This document shows, one piece after another, positions 52,001-64,000 of a DNA stretch of 64,000 nucleotides (positions are counted from its first letter, which is position 1; every line of letters begins with the position of its first letter). The position numbers and the translations under genes were made by a program. The notes under the pieces were generated by a model. The model worked only from the letters and a program-made list of their open reading frames with translations, was not told the DNA's origin and made no database searches. Source of the DNA: Octopus sinensis. Taxonomy: Eukaryota. The stretch covers positions 96,286,001-96,350,000 of the forward strand of contig NC_043002.1 in NCBI RefSeq assembly GCF_006345805.1. The letters run 5' to 3'.

Positions 52001-55000
52001 ACGGAATGGTCTGCATACTGTTTAGTATTATTACAAGTGGGTGTTCAATATACACTTTACCAAAATTTGAACCAGAAATTTTCTTATCTACGTTAAGCAA
52101 AAATAGGGTAAGGAAATTTGCATAATCATTTTTAATGATTTTTTTTTATTCAAAATAATTTCATGACATTATTAAACATTTCATAAAATGATATTCAAAT
52201 GGAATAAAAATATAGGATTAAAGGAATGCCCTAACTTAATTTATTTCTAAATAGAGGTTGTGAGATGGCAAGCCTGTTAGGGTTCAGACAAAATAACAAT
52301 CCAGCCACATGAATTGACAGAATCATTAGAGTATCAGACAAAATGCTTTGTGGTATTTGTGCCAGCTATTTGTATTCTGAGTTCAAATCTTACATGTATG
52401 GTAGATTTAATCTGGTTTTCAGTTTAACACCATCATCAGGTTCTTGCAAGCAATCAGAGCAGGTCTCCTGTTTGAAGTGTCCATTTTTTATTCCACCCTC
52501 TCATCAATCTCAGTGGCCTTATAAAAAAGTCATAGAGACTCTATCCCTCTTGACTAAGCTTTAAAAATAGTATAAATCAATTTAACAGTAAACGTATGAA
52601 TTAACTCATAACCCCTAAATATTCTATATGTAGTTACACTTTGACCACATAACTTGTAGGGTAGATGAAAGAATGAAAGGGCCTATACACAATTACTTAT
52701 CTTAACAGAAGTAGCAGCTGAATCTCCCTCAAGTCATAGCTATTTGAAAAATAAACAAAAAGGCAAAATAAGAATCACATAGTGGACAATAGAGATGTTA
52801 TGTATGTAAAGATGGAATGGTACAGTTGGAATGTCTGTGATCATAAGTTTACTCAAGCAGAGCTGACCACATCATTTTTAGATAAAAAAAAAAGTGCTGA
52901 TGTGTTGAACAATATTTCTTTTTAACTGTTATTAATCCACTGCTGAATGAAGGCCCCAACATGCTTTTGCTAACTTGTCTTTACTGGTTGTGAGCTTTAA
53001 AAAAAACAAACTATATAATAAATGATTGCAAGAACCACAGAAGTTCTTAAAGCTGGTGTTTGGGTCTAAATTCTATAACTCTAAACCAATGAATGCTTGA
53101 TTATAGGGGTGTTAATCTGTCAAAAGTAACAGTAAAATTTCTACAGATAAATGAACTGAGGCATATAAAACTAACTTGCTCAGGATATAGTGAAATGTTT
53201 GCTTGGACAGTAACTCTAACTTGTCACACAGTTTAACACATCGACCTCCATTTTGGGAGGTTCACTGTGTAACAAACAAGACTCTGGTGTAAGAATGACT
53301 TAATACCATTATGTGCTGCCTCCCCACTGCATATTATTTTGTGTAGAGTCACTTTTTGTTAGAGTACCAGTGTCAGTAATCTTCAGAATGTTACTCATGG
53401 GGTTAGGTTCTTGTGTATCTGGCTTGCTGCTGAAGAGCCTCACCTCATGAGTAACACTTCAAGAAATTGCCTTTTTTGCTGACAGACTCACTTGCACCTA
53501 TGTCTTCTTACAGGGATAGAAATAATGATCGGCAGCAATCCATGAATTATAGTAGTTTCCCCCTTTTTTCTTCAACAGTTTTGAAGATCCTGCAGCTGTT
53601 TTGATTTTTTGCGCCCTTTTTCCTTTAACTTACCCATAAAAAATAATATAAATTATGAACAAGAATCAGTAATTCAATACTTTATCTACTTTGCCATTCC
53701 AAGACTTTTGCAGTGTTTTGACAATCCAATAAGTTTTTTTACAAAATTTTAAATTCATAAGTTTTCTGTCATAAAAATTCTGTATAAATAATGTCTCTAT
53801 CAATTAATTTATTTTGTTTCTATGTTACAGATAACCTGTGCACACTTGGTTCCTCCATTGATCTTGTTTTTGGCTAAACACCCTCTTGTAGAAGATCACG
53901 ATCTCTCTGCAATCAGAAGAATATTTTCAGGAGCTGCTCCACTTGGTAAAGAACTTCTGTTAGAATGTAAGGAAAGACTTGGTGTTCAAGAAATGATCCA
54001 AGGTAAATGATTTATTATAATTAATCTTTTTTTTTGTGGCAGAAAGGATGTAAATGCAGTAGCAGTGAATTTAAGGTGTTATCCTACTGACCATGTGGCT
54101 CTAAATTTGAGTTTTGCTGTTATGCTCATTATAGTTTGTCTTTCTAACAAAGATCTTGTTTCTGCATTCTATGTCTGTCTGTCAACTAATACTGTGCAAT
54201 TAACAACTGAGAGACAGTGAAAGACATATATGCTACCATGGCTTGAACTGGAATTGATTTTGAGGCATGGTTTTACAGTTGGATACTCTACATGTCACTA
54301 ATTTCACCTATTTCTCAGAATATATTGATACAAATTTACTGAAAAGCATCACACTACAATTTGATTCCCCCCCCCCATCACCTCAAAATGGCAATCGCAT
54401 ATCGATATATATATATATTTTATGATATATAAATAAAATCAGCAAAAAGTGACTTTACCATGAGGAGTGAAAGACCCAACATTTCTGACAGAATCCTTCT
54501 TCAGGAGAGAAATTAATAAGACACAGCAGAGTTTTACTTCTTCTAAGTTAGAAAACCCTCCCCCTCCTCCCCACTGCTGTTTACTTTTCTCTGAAGATGG
54601 ACTCTCAAGTCCACTGCACCCTTTTTGTTGAATTCTCTAAATAATACAGACAAACACCAATCTCTTTTGATTGTATATTTTTTATGTAATTATGTCTGAA
54701 ATAATGCTACAATTATCTAATGTTCAAGTTATACATCTTAACTCAGTGTGTCAGTTTTGGTGTGAATTCTGTTGCAGGATTCCCTTCATTACATCAACCA
54801 GAGTGGGCCAGGTGCATTTCTTTTCATTGCACTAGAACTGTAGAGATTATCTTGTACTTGGCGAAACTAAATAATCCTCTCAACCCTGTTTTGTTACTGT
54901 TTGATTTGTTAATAACTTCATAAAGTTTACTGAGTGCTTTTCTTGTGGCACCAGTACTAGAGAGGTTGCTGTGTAACTCACAAGGCCATATCTAAATGAG

Positions 55001-55757
55001 TATAGATTAAAGGATAGTAAAAGAAACGGATTTGTTGTTGTGAGAGGATAGTATTGGAGAGAAAAAAACTGTTGGAAGGATAAATAATTGAGGAGACAGA
55101 GTGGAGTCTGGAGTTACTATGAAAGAAAGGGAGAGAGTGGTAAGGTTGATAGAGAGTGTTGGTTAGGAAGCACCCAGTGCTCTTTCATATTATATGTATC
55201 ATATCATTGTCATCATCATTATCATTGTCATCATCATCATTTTATGTCCACTTTTATGTGTAGATAATTGTTTGCTCCATATTTATTGTTCTGCAATAGG
55301 CTATGGTCTGACTGAAACAAGCCCTGTTGTTCATTTGAGTGTACCACCAATTCGTCACGAAGGTTCTGTTGGAACTTTGATACCTAATACTGCTGCAAAG
55401 GTAAATATCTCTTTCTCTTTAGAATTACAACTGCTTTAAAATATAACAAACCAAATTTATAAATGTTTTAGTTATTAAACATTTCCATCTAAATATTGTG
55501 TATTAGATTTTGTTAGCTAGCCGTCTGTCCATCCATCCATACATATGTACATACATACATGCATACATACACACATACATACTTACAGACAGACAGGCAT
55601 GCATGTATATAATGTTTTTTTCCTTACTCCTCTACCATCACATCTATGCTCTGATCCTTGTTATCTGTGAGAATACCCTGAAGAAGTCAGAAAGACCATG
55701 GTGGTGCTCCAGCATGACCACAGCTGCATGACTGAAACAAGTAAAAGAGAAAAAGAG

Positions 55758-55848
<91 letters not shown>

Positions 55849-56119
55849 CAGGCAGGCAGGCAGACAAACAGGCCTGGGAGAGGGAGGTGGGTATGGCCAC
55901 ACAGGTATACTCTTCATGACCATTCCTTCACTCCCTCTCCCAGCTGAGAGATCTTTGTCTTACAGGTGCTGTTGCCATGTAAAATGCACCCACCACACTC
56001 TGTAAAGTTGTTGGCATTAGGAAGAGCATCCAGTTGTAGAAACCATGCCAAAACAGACAATTGGAGTCTCACCAGCTCTTGTCAGCATGAAAAATGGACA
56101 TTAAATGATGATGATGATG

Positions 56120-56152
<33 letters not shown>

Positions 56153-59100
56153 CTTTTTTGTGGTTTAACATGGCAACCATTGGCTTCATGTGGAAGAGAT
56201 CTCCACAATTGTTTAAGCAAACCACTTGGAAATGTTGATACTTGTCTCCAAAATAGAAAGAGAGTGAGTGTGAGACACACACACACACACACACACACGC
56301 AGAGTTAATTTTGTATAAATGATGTTGAATGTCTTTGTATCTTTGCTAGATAATTGATCCTGAAACAAACGAAATCTTAGGCCCAATGCAAACGGGGGAG
56401 ATATGTATCAAAGGTCCACAAGTAATGAAAGGCTATTTACACCGACCAGAAGCTACTGCTGATATGATCAGAGATGGCTGGTTGTATTCAGGTAGGGTTT
56501 TAATAAATGTTGATAAATATTCCTATCTCCACAGCTTTTCAATCATCTCACCTCCCACCCTCTCATTTTCCCCCATCTCCTCTTTACAGATCCATAACTC
56601 CCCTCACTTATTTCTCTTGCTGCTGCTTCCTCTCACATCTTCCACCTGTACCCACCTTTATAATGTGCGCTGTCACTGGATCCCTACTTACATAACCCCC
56701 TTCTTGCCAACACCTGATACTAATCCTTTTCTCCTGTGCCTCATCTAGTCCTCCCTGCTATCATGTCCACCCTCTTACTTTCTCCATCACTACACTGGTG
56801 GTGGTTTGTGTAATATGACTTAATAAAAATTTTTGTATATGTACAGGTATGGCTGTATGATAAGAAGTTTTTTTCCCAACCACATGATCCCAAGTTCAGT
56901 TCAACTGTGTGGTGCCTTGGGCAAGTGTCTTCTATTATAGCTCCAGGCCAGCCAAAGCCCTTTGAATGGAGTTGTGAGACAGAAACTGAAAGAAACGTGC
57001 TGTGTGTGTGTACATACACACACCATATATATATATATATATATATATCAAAGTATCAATTAGAGACAGAACCTCCCCTTATATACAACCCCAATCTTCA
57101 GGTCCACCTATCCACCGTTTATAACTTTATCTATCATTATATATTCCAACTTAAAAGTATGTCAAACTAAACCGATGTATAAATAAATTCCTAGTATGTC
57201 AAAACATATAGATGTGTAAATAATTTCATTGAACCCAGCAGTTTAAGACATAATTAATTAACAATTAAGAATTAAATGTAAGTTACGCCTAAAAGAATAT
57301 ATATAAATGAAAGATATATATGAATGCAGAAAAAAATATACTAATGAGAAGAAAATATAACATTATAAGAGATATATATATCAAAATGAAGAGGACGATT
57401 AAGAGACGAATGGAAACTAATACGAATAACAAAAATTCAGGTGAATATTACACGTAAAATACGAATGAAGATATGGAAAAAAAATATATATGGAAAAACA
57501 TTTAAAAATGAAAAAATTATATATATGGGAATTAATTTATAAATTAATATAATTAGAATTAATATAGTAAACTTATTTTAAAATGTAAAAGTTAAAATGT
57601 AAAAGAATATTTTCCTTCTACCCCTGGATATCATGGCGCTAAATTGAACTAGTTCCAATTTACACTGCAAGGTTCTGTAAAAGTATTTATACTCATACAC
57701 ACCATCAGTTTCTTTTAAACTATTATGTTATTAGTATATTACTGACAGTGGGACAGGAAATAAATGCATTATGGGAACAATTCATCCTTTCTTTCATTTT
57801 TATTCACCCACCCTCCAACCACCAAACAACCATTATTCCCCAACTCAAATGGTAAGTTAAATTTAAATAATAGTATCTAATAATAATTTCTAACAATTAA
57901 TTTATGTTTATTTGCTTGAGGGTTAGATTTTATTAATTAACCACTTCAGTTTGTGTTTACATTTAATCTTTCTTTCATCCTGTGCATTAAGTAGTTTACT
58001 TTTTGCCCATAATATCTCCATGAATTCATGGGTACACAACAAACAAAGTCTATTCCCAATTCTATACGATTTGGTTTTACTTATTATTTCCCACTTAATT
58101 TTATATTTAATTCCTTTCAATTTTAAACTTCAGATGTATTTACTCAAACCTGTCGAGTTCATTAATTTCTTATTTTTCAATGAATTCATATGCTGTGCTA
58201 TTCATTGTTTAATATTATTCGATGTTGAACCAATATATGTTCTCTCTGAAATTCTTTCAATATTTATATTATTATTATTTATTTCTCTCTTATCATTCTT
58301 ATTTTCGTTTACAGAAACCACACATTTATATACTACATCAGTTAAATTACATCTACCTTTAAATTTTACAGTGATTTTTATCCCTACAATTGCAATTTTT
58401 AAGTCTCTAGCCTTATTATTAGGATACCTATTTAATTTATCATGGTAATATTTATTCAACTTATGTTTATTAAGTGATGAAATAATGTTCTCTACGTTGT
58501 TGGTAGTAGAATATCCCACTTCTATATTATTTTTAGAGAATAAGTCCATATATTTTTTGTTTTCTATAATAAAGGATTCTATAGTTTTAGTTATTACTGT
58601 TATAATATTACTTTTAACTTGAATCCCATAAGAGACTATCAATCATATTGATTTATTTTTAATTGTGTTTATATTATTATTCTTTGTATCTTTATTTACG
58701 CAATTTTTGTTATTATCATCTTTATTATTTACTAGCAGTATCGCCCGGCGTTGCTCAGGTTTGTAAGGGAAATAACTATAAAGCATTTTGAGAGAGTTAT
58801 AGCCAAAAAATAGCAAAAAAATGGAAAAAAAATGATGGTAAATTTTTTTGAGAGTAAAAAAGGTGGAGTTGCGTCCCCTAGACAGTTTGCGGTTTGTGTT
58901 TCTGATTCTCGACCCCATGACGAATTTATCGATTTTTTTCAGAACTGGGGGAACTTTTCAAAATTTTCGCTGCGTTAGTTTTGAATTATGACATTGGGCT
59001 ATGTGTGTGTCAAGTTTCATCAGAATCGGTTGAAAGCCGTGGTCAGGGTGAGGGTACAAGCAAACAGACACACAGAAACATGCACAGACAAACTGCCGTT

Positions 59101-62100
59101 TATATAGAGAGAGATAATTGGGTCTAAATTATACTTTTCGTTTAATCTTAAATATTTCTCCATTATTCCTATTCTTCTTCCCTTCGATTTTAATTCAATG
59201 TACACTTAGATATTTTTCAAAAATAGCTTTAAAATCCTATATATATATATATATATATATATAATGAAATGTCATTTGAATTTATAATCTAAATTTTATT
59301 TTAACAACAACATAAATGTCTGGAAGACAACAAAAAAGATAAGTTATACAAAATTAATCCATTTATATGTCCATTGCTGTTACTTTAAACTATAGGTGAT
59401 CTTGCACATTATGATGAGGATGGACATTTTTACATCACAGATCGGTTGAAGGAGCTCATCAAATATAAAGGCTTTCAGGTAACTGCATTATTCTTGTTAT
59501 TAAAGACATGGACATAGTTATGTGGTTAAGAAGTGTTTCTTCAGAACGGTGTGTTTTAGTATGTGTTTCCACTGAGTGGCATTATCAATAGATGTTTGCT
59601 ACTATGGTCTTGGGCTGATAAATACTGTGTGAAAAGAATTGGCAAACAGAAACTGTAAGAAACCTGTTGCATGTGCACATGCACGTGTGTAAGTGTGACT
59701 GTCTAATTGAGACACATTTGTTCTCTTCTGTAGTTTTTTTTTGTTTTTGTGTATCTTCATCTGTCCTATCTGTAGAGAGCATAGGCTCAAAATGTTAAAG
59801 GCTTCTAATTTTCCTGACTGCCAACCTCATATACTCTGTTTGATTTCTCACTTTTTTGTCTTTTTGTACGTTATATATCTATCTATCTATATATACATGC
59901 GAGCACACACACTATATATACATGTGTGTGTGTGTGTATTGCATTTGAATGCTCATCAAAAATAATCTCACAATCTATACAAATGATATCTTTGATTACA
60001 ATCTACTTTGAAAATATGTCCAGCCATTGACCTGTTTGTTTCTCAAAGGGACCAGAGGAAATATTACTTTGCTTGAAGACAGGTGAGGGCTGATGACCGA
60101 AAGAGCATCAAGCCACAGAATGTCTACCTTAACAAAGTTTCATCTGACTGATGAAAGTATAGGACAGTGGATATTATGAGGTTGTCGAAGGTGGCTGCAT
60201 CAGCAGTGGCAAAGAGGAGGAGGAAGAGGATATTTCAAGAATTACTTTCCAAGTTTTCTTCAAGTTTTACTATTTATTAAAATTTACAATTATAATTAAT
60301 GGATTTTGTTCTAATTTATTCTCATGTTCTTTTTAGATTTGCATGCATTCTTGAGATAAGTTAGGCTTCTTTTTTTAAATAAACATAAATACTCTTATTT
60401 AATTTCTTTATTCCGCTAGGTGCCTCCAGCTGAATTAGAAGCTCTACTAATTACACATCCTGATATTAAAGACTGTGCTGTGATAGGTATCCCAGATGAG
60501 AAAGCTGGAGAATTACCTCGAGCTTATGTTGTCTGTAACGATAAAAGCACCATACGTGAGGAAGATGTTTTGAATTTCGTTAAAGGTATACATTTTACTT
60601 AAATTTTATAATTTATGTTTGCTTTCATTAAACAAATGGAAAATAAGGAGTTAAAATTAGAGGAGATACTTAATGATTTAGAAAATACTGAAATCATTAT
60701 AAGAATCTACTCCACTTCATCTTCAAGGCATGCATAAGTTTCTCCACTCTACTCTTTCACATACAAAAACTGGATGCAGGCAGAACTGTGTAGTTTACAA
60801 TTATATGGCTTGTTAGGCTAATCCCATTGTGCAGCGTCTTGAATAATTGTTATCTATAATAGCTTCAAGATTACAAAATCTGTCTGTTAAAAGAACCATT
60901 TCATTTATGGTACTAGTTTTAATAATTGACTTATTTAATATCACCTGACCTTTCAAAGCTTTAATGAAGTGTATAGTATTGCAAGATTTTGAACATTTTC
61001 TCCTTCTAAGATTATCTTCTTCCTTTCCATCAATCTCAGAGATCTTTAAAAACGTCATAAATGTTGGTTGCTCTTCTTTTGATTAAGTGATAAAATGAAT
61101 GAAAGTTTTTTTTAAATATGCACAATTGTGAGTGGATTTGGTAGACAGAAACTGAAAGAAGCCTGTCGTATATATGTATTTGTATATATGTATGTGTGTG
61201 TATATGTTTGTGTGTCTGTGTTTGTCCCCCCCAACATTGCTTGACAACCGATGGTGGTGTGTTTACGTCCCCATAAATTAGTAGTTTGACAAAAAAGACC
61301 GATAGAATAAGTACTAGGCTTACAAAGAATAAGTCCTGGGGTCAGTTTGCTCATCTAAAGGTGGTGCTCCGGCATGGCCACAGTCTAATGACTGAAACAA
61401 GTAAAAGAGAGTAAATTTTTGTGTGCAAGTTTTCACTCATTTATGCTGCTCTATTCTCAGTGGCTCACTATTCATGTCTCTTCTACCACTACTATTTGAA
61501 CAGTGGAACCTGGTGCTGCTTCTCAATTTGGCACGTAAAAAGCACTCACTACACTCTTGGAGTGGTTGGTGTTAGGAAGGGCATCCAGCCTTTGAAGCCA
61601 TACCAAATTAGATCGGAACCTGGTGCAGATCCCCAGCTCATCAGTTATCAATCAAACCATCCAACCCATGCCAGCGACAATGATGATGATGTTTGCTGAA
61701 CATTACTCTCCCTAGCTCACTCAAACTATGTGTCTTCCTTTGCTCCCACCTTTAAGCAATTTTAAATAATTTAATGTCTTTTCCCTTCCACAACTACAAC
61801 TACTGGAATTTCTTAAGGCAGTGAGCTGGCAGAATCATCGGTATATTAGATAATAATGCTAAGCAAGATTTCTTCTGGCTCTTTATGTTCTGAGTTGAAA
61901 TGCTGCTGTCAGCTTTGCCTTTCATTCTTTCAGGGTTGATGTAATAAACTTACCCCTTTGCCCCAAAATTGCTGGCATATGCCAAAATTAGACTTCATTG
62001 TAAGAAAGTCAAAATCTTCTATAGACAAGGTCCCTCTTTCTCAAATGAAGCTTCTTCATAAATTTAAACACTAAAATTGTTTCTAAACATACATACGCCA

Positions 62101-63660
62101 TTAGTTTATGGCTAATTTCATAATAAACGGAGCATGTGAAATGTGAAAAATAACAATACAAAATTCACCATTCAGTTCTGTCCATGTAAACCATTGATTT
62201 AATAGTTGTGCACTTGATTCAATTCCAGTAAAGTTTATTTTTGTGTTTTGTCAGACTCTACTAAGAATTTTGGATTTTCATTTTAGTAGATAAAATTTGA
62301 ATTAGTAATACAGGTATATTCATTTAATCTTTGACCTGGTTTCTGTATCTTAGACAAGGCAAGAAAGTGAGAATTGTTTGTTGCTATTTTACCCCAGTTC
62401 ATAAGTGATTAAGTAGACTTATAGTCTATTACCATCCTATGTTTATTTCAGGCATCATGTATTTCACACTGTGACCCAATGTGGTATCAGTTATCAGTTT
62501 CTGTAACATAGTAGTATGAGATTTAAGGAAAATTTAGTTGCTATTTCTAACAGTTGAGCACCCATATAAAGACTCTTTTATTGATTTGAGATAGATTTAG
62601 AAATGTATTATGGTAAAAATGATGCTCATAGCCATGTACAGAAGAATTAAGTTTTTAAGAATCAACATTAAACGCCTGAACATATTGTGTCAGTTTACTA
62701 AGTTGTGTCACACAAAAGTAGTCATCTGCTACATGGTAGACATCCATTGAATAAATGCATAAATTGATTACACAATTTGACACAATGCCATAGATTAGTA
62801 AAGGAGATATATGTAGGTAATTAGGTCACCCACAGTTAATGCCTGCTACCGTGCCTTCTTGAAGCATAGGGAGACTGGGCAGTTGCTCACAGTGAGAGAT
62901 AGTCCAGAGCCTCTGTCTGTCATGGTTGACTATTTATCTGCATCTCTATGTGCAGGCCTTTACAAGGTTGTTTCTTTCTTTCTAGTGGGAGACTAGCAGG
63001 TGTCTGTGTATGCAAGTCACTTTTCTTTGCCCTCATGTTGTTCAAGGGAAAGGCATTTTTTTAAAAACGAATGCAGCTTGGCATTAGAATCATCAAACAT
63101 ATTGCTATCAGAACACAAGAAACCAGTACAAAGACTGCAAAGCAGTTCATCTGACACTCAAACAGTTCTACCAATTCATTTTATTGGACTGACAAAATGA
63201 TATTTTTTGTGATGCTGAATGGATGAAAAGCAAAGCTGACCATGGATTTTAATTCAGAGCACAAAGAGAGTTGAAACAAATACCATAAGGCATTCTATCT
63301 TTAAACCTCAAAAGACTTTGTCGGTTTGTGGCCTTGAGAGGTACTCCATTTATTAATTGGGCACCGTTATATTAGTTTTCAAAGATGACTTTAAATTGTC
63401 CCATGGTATTGAAAAACAAAAGGAAACCAATCTAGATTTCTTATTTTTAATGATAAAATTTAGACAAAAATGTCAGTAGTATCTTAATAATGTTCCTTTC
63501 TGATTTCTCTCTTTTTTTTTCTTTATATTCAGCTAATGTTGCTCCATACAAGCAGCTCCGAGGAGGTGTGGAATTAGTATCTGAAATTCCAAAATCAGCA
63601 GCTGGGAAAATACTACGTAGAATTTTGCGAGATTCTTATAAAAATAAGCTTAATGACTGA
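38495..63660 (+). CDS. Luciferase-like / 4-coumarate:CoA ligase-like acyl-CoA synthetase, complete spliced CDS (copy B), 11 coding exons, 592 aa. join(38495..38791,41592..41799,45115..45227,50481..50683,51942..52107,53831..54002,55300..55400,56350..56491,59396..59478,60420..60585,63533..63660)
   Basis: Manual exon assembly gives 1779 nt with an open frame, all introns GT-AG and matching phases. ANL-family motifs occur in order: [13 protein letters not shown] (AMP-binding loop), [68 protein letters not shown] (catalytic Lys). Confidence 0.93.
40502..40700 (-). mobile_element. 3' end of a Tc1/mariner (DD37D/maT-like) transposon
   Basis: Minus strand reads [19 protein letters not shown], then an AT-rich UTR and TA-CAGG terminus. 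Confidence 0.5.
41592..41799 (+). CDS. Copy B coding exon 2 ([14 protein letters not shown]...MNSAYSA)
   Basis: cag|GAA acceptor, A|gtatgg donor; contains the family-typical [18 protein letters not shown]. Confidence 0.9.
42055..42270 (+). mobile_element. Second tRNA-derived SINE family; copies also at ~9197-9380, 12190-12410, 41835-41970, 42565-42775, 42865-43000, 52250-52400
   Basis: Shared GGTGGCAAGCTGGCAGAA...TTCTGAGTTCAAAT...CAACTTTGCCTTTCATCCTTT...AGTACCAG. Confidence 0.75.
45115..45227 (+). CDS. Copy B coding exon 3 ([18 protein letters not shown]...VKLK)
   Basis: gtag|AG acceptor and AAG|gtctgt donor; phase 1 in and phase 0 out match the neighbouring exons. This exon is not in the ORF track. 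Confidence 0.85.
49500..50420 (-). mobile_element. Highly decayed CR1/Jockey-like LINE RT fragment
   Basis: Minus strand [19 protein letters not shown] resembles the PxPK...NYRPI RT-start motif. Confidence 0.4.
50481..50683 (+). CDS. Copy B coding exon 4 (AMP-binding motif [17 protein letters not shown])
   Basis: ccag|GAA acceptor, AC|gtgagt donor; signature motif present. Confidence 0.95.
51942..52107 (+). CDS. Copy B coding exon 5 (LPFYHIYG...LPKFEPE)
   Basis: gcag|T acceptor, AGG|gtaagg donor; substrate-pocket motif. Confidence 0.93.
53831..54002 (+). CDS. Copy B coding exon 6 ([12 protein letters not shown]...SGAAPLG)
   Basis: acag|ATA acceptor, G|gtaaat donor. Confidence 0.93.
55300..55400 (+). 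CDS. Copy B coding exon 7 (GYGLTETS...PNTAAK)
   Basis: atag|GC acceptor, AAG|gtaaat donor; YGLTE motif. Confidence 0.93.
56350..56491 (+). CDS. Copy B coding exon 8 (IIDPET...[14 protein letters not shown]...GWLYS)
   Basis: ctag|ATA acceptor, G|gtaggg donor; box II-like GEICIKG. Confidence 0.93.
57900..59210 (-). mobile_element. Penelope-like element GIY-YIG endonuclease/C-terminal remnant, interrupted by a Helentron-like element
   Basis: [17 protein letters not shown], frameshifted NCNCR...[29 protein letters not shown]...CLLC...KCKHK, typical of PLE C-termini. Confidence 0.75.
58731..59115 (+). mobile_element. Helentron/DINE-1-like non-autonomous element
   Basis: ACTAGCAGTATCGCCCGGCGTTGCTCAGG...ACAGACAAACTGCCGTTTATATAGAGAGAGAT. 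Confidence 0.6.
59396..59478 (+). CDS. Copy B coding exon 9 ([28 protein letters not shown])
   Basis: atag|GT acceptor, CAG|gtaact donor; hinge motif. Confidence 0.93.
60420..60585 (+). CDS. Copy B coding exon 10 ([10 protein letters not shown]...LNFVK)
   Basis: ctag|GTG acceptor, G|gtatac donor. Confidence 0.93.
63533..63660 (+). CDS. Copy B terminal coding exon 11 ([13 protein letters not shown]...[18 protein letters not shown])
   Basis: Long pyrimidine tract with cag|CT acceptor; TGA at 63658-63660. Confidence 0.92.
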
Positions 63661-64000
63661 TGGTAAACCTTATATTTGTCTTGATTAATTACAATGAGAT
63701 GCCTTCAAAAATCATCTCTATCTTATTCAAATTATAATTCAGTTACATATTTCAGAAGACCGAAACAAAAACAAGAAATATATATATATATATGTGGGCT
63801 AAAACACACACAAAAGAATTTCATTCACTAAATTCTTTTTACTATTTCTACTATTTCTTAGGTTTTAATCATTGAACTCTTTTTTTTTTTAAAAATATCT
63901 TTCAACAGTTTTTTGATGTAGTTTTAATCAACTTGATTTCATTTTTTTTATACAACAAAAAATTGTGTATATTTGATTATACTTTTAGAATGATAGCTAC

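Larger units (their letters stand above)
59230..64000 (+). repeat. Duplication unit B (matches 4320..11380 and runs off the window end)
   Basis: Direct alignment by eye; no differences seen between ~8660-10030 and ~61280-62650. Confidence 0.95.

Noticed and set aside
38495-63660. Recent horizontal transfer of a plant or bacterial 4CL gene, or a bona fide luciferase
   Set aside because: Ten spliceosomal introns and host-like AT-rich codons argue against recent transfer, and the family is widespread in animals. Luciferase activity cannot be inferred from the shared motifs.

Overview
Eukaryotic, very AT-rich and repeat-dense genomic DNA. The SINE, LINE and Penelope families resemble those I recall from octopod cephalopods, so an Octopus-like origin is an unverified inference. 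The only host gene is a firefly-luciferase/4-coumarate:CoA-ligase-like acyl-CoA synthetase (ANL adenylate-forming superfamily) on the + strand, present as a tandem pair. The complete copy has 11 coding exons (38495..63660), all introns GT-AG and phase-consistent, and encodes 592 aa. The upstream paralog is seen only as its last three exons (4516..11040). The complete protein has an acid-free ~64-aa N-terminal extension resembling a mitochondrial presequence. Both copies end ...NKLND*, one base away from a PTS1-like NKL*. All six exonic differences seen between the copies are non-synonymous, and intronic similarity is patchy, which suggests gene conversion. The rest of the window is transposon debris: a Gypsy/Mag LTR deletion derivative nested in a mariner, a full-length decayed mariner, piggyBac, Penelope-like and LINE fragments, Helentron-like elements, MITEs, SINEs and microsatellites. 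Two hammerhead-ribozyme-like motifs with palindromic stem III lie in Penelope-like ends. Alignments and coordinates were done by eye; repeat boundaries are approximate.
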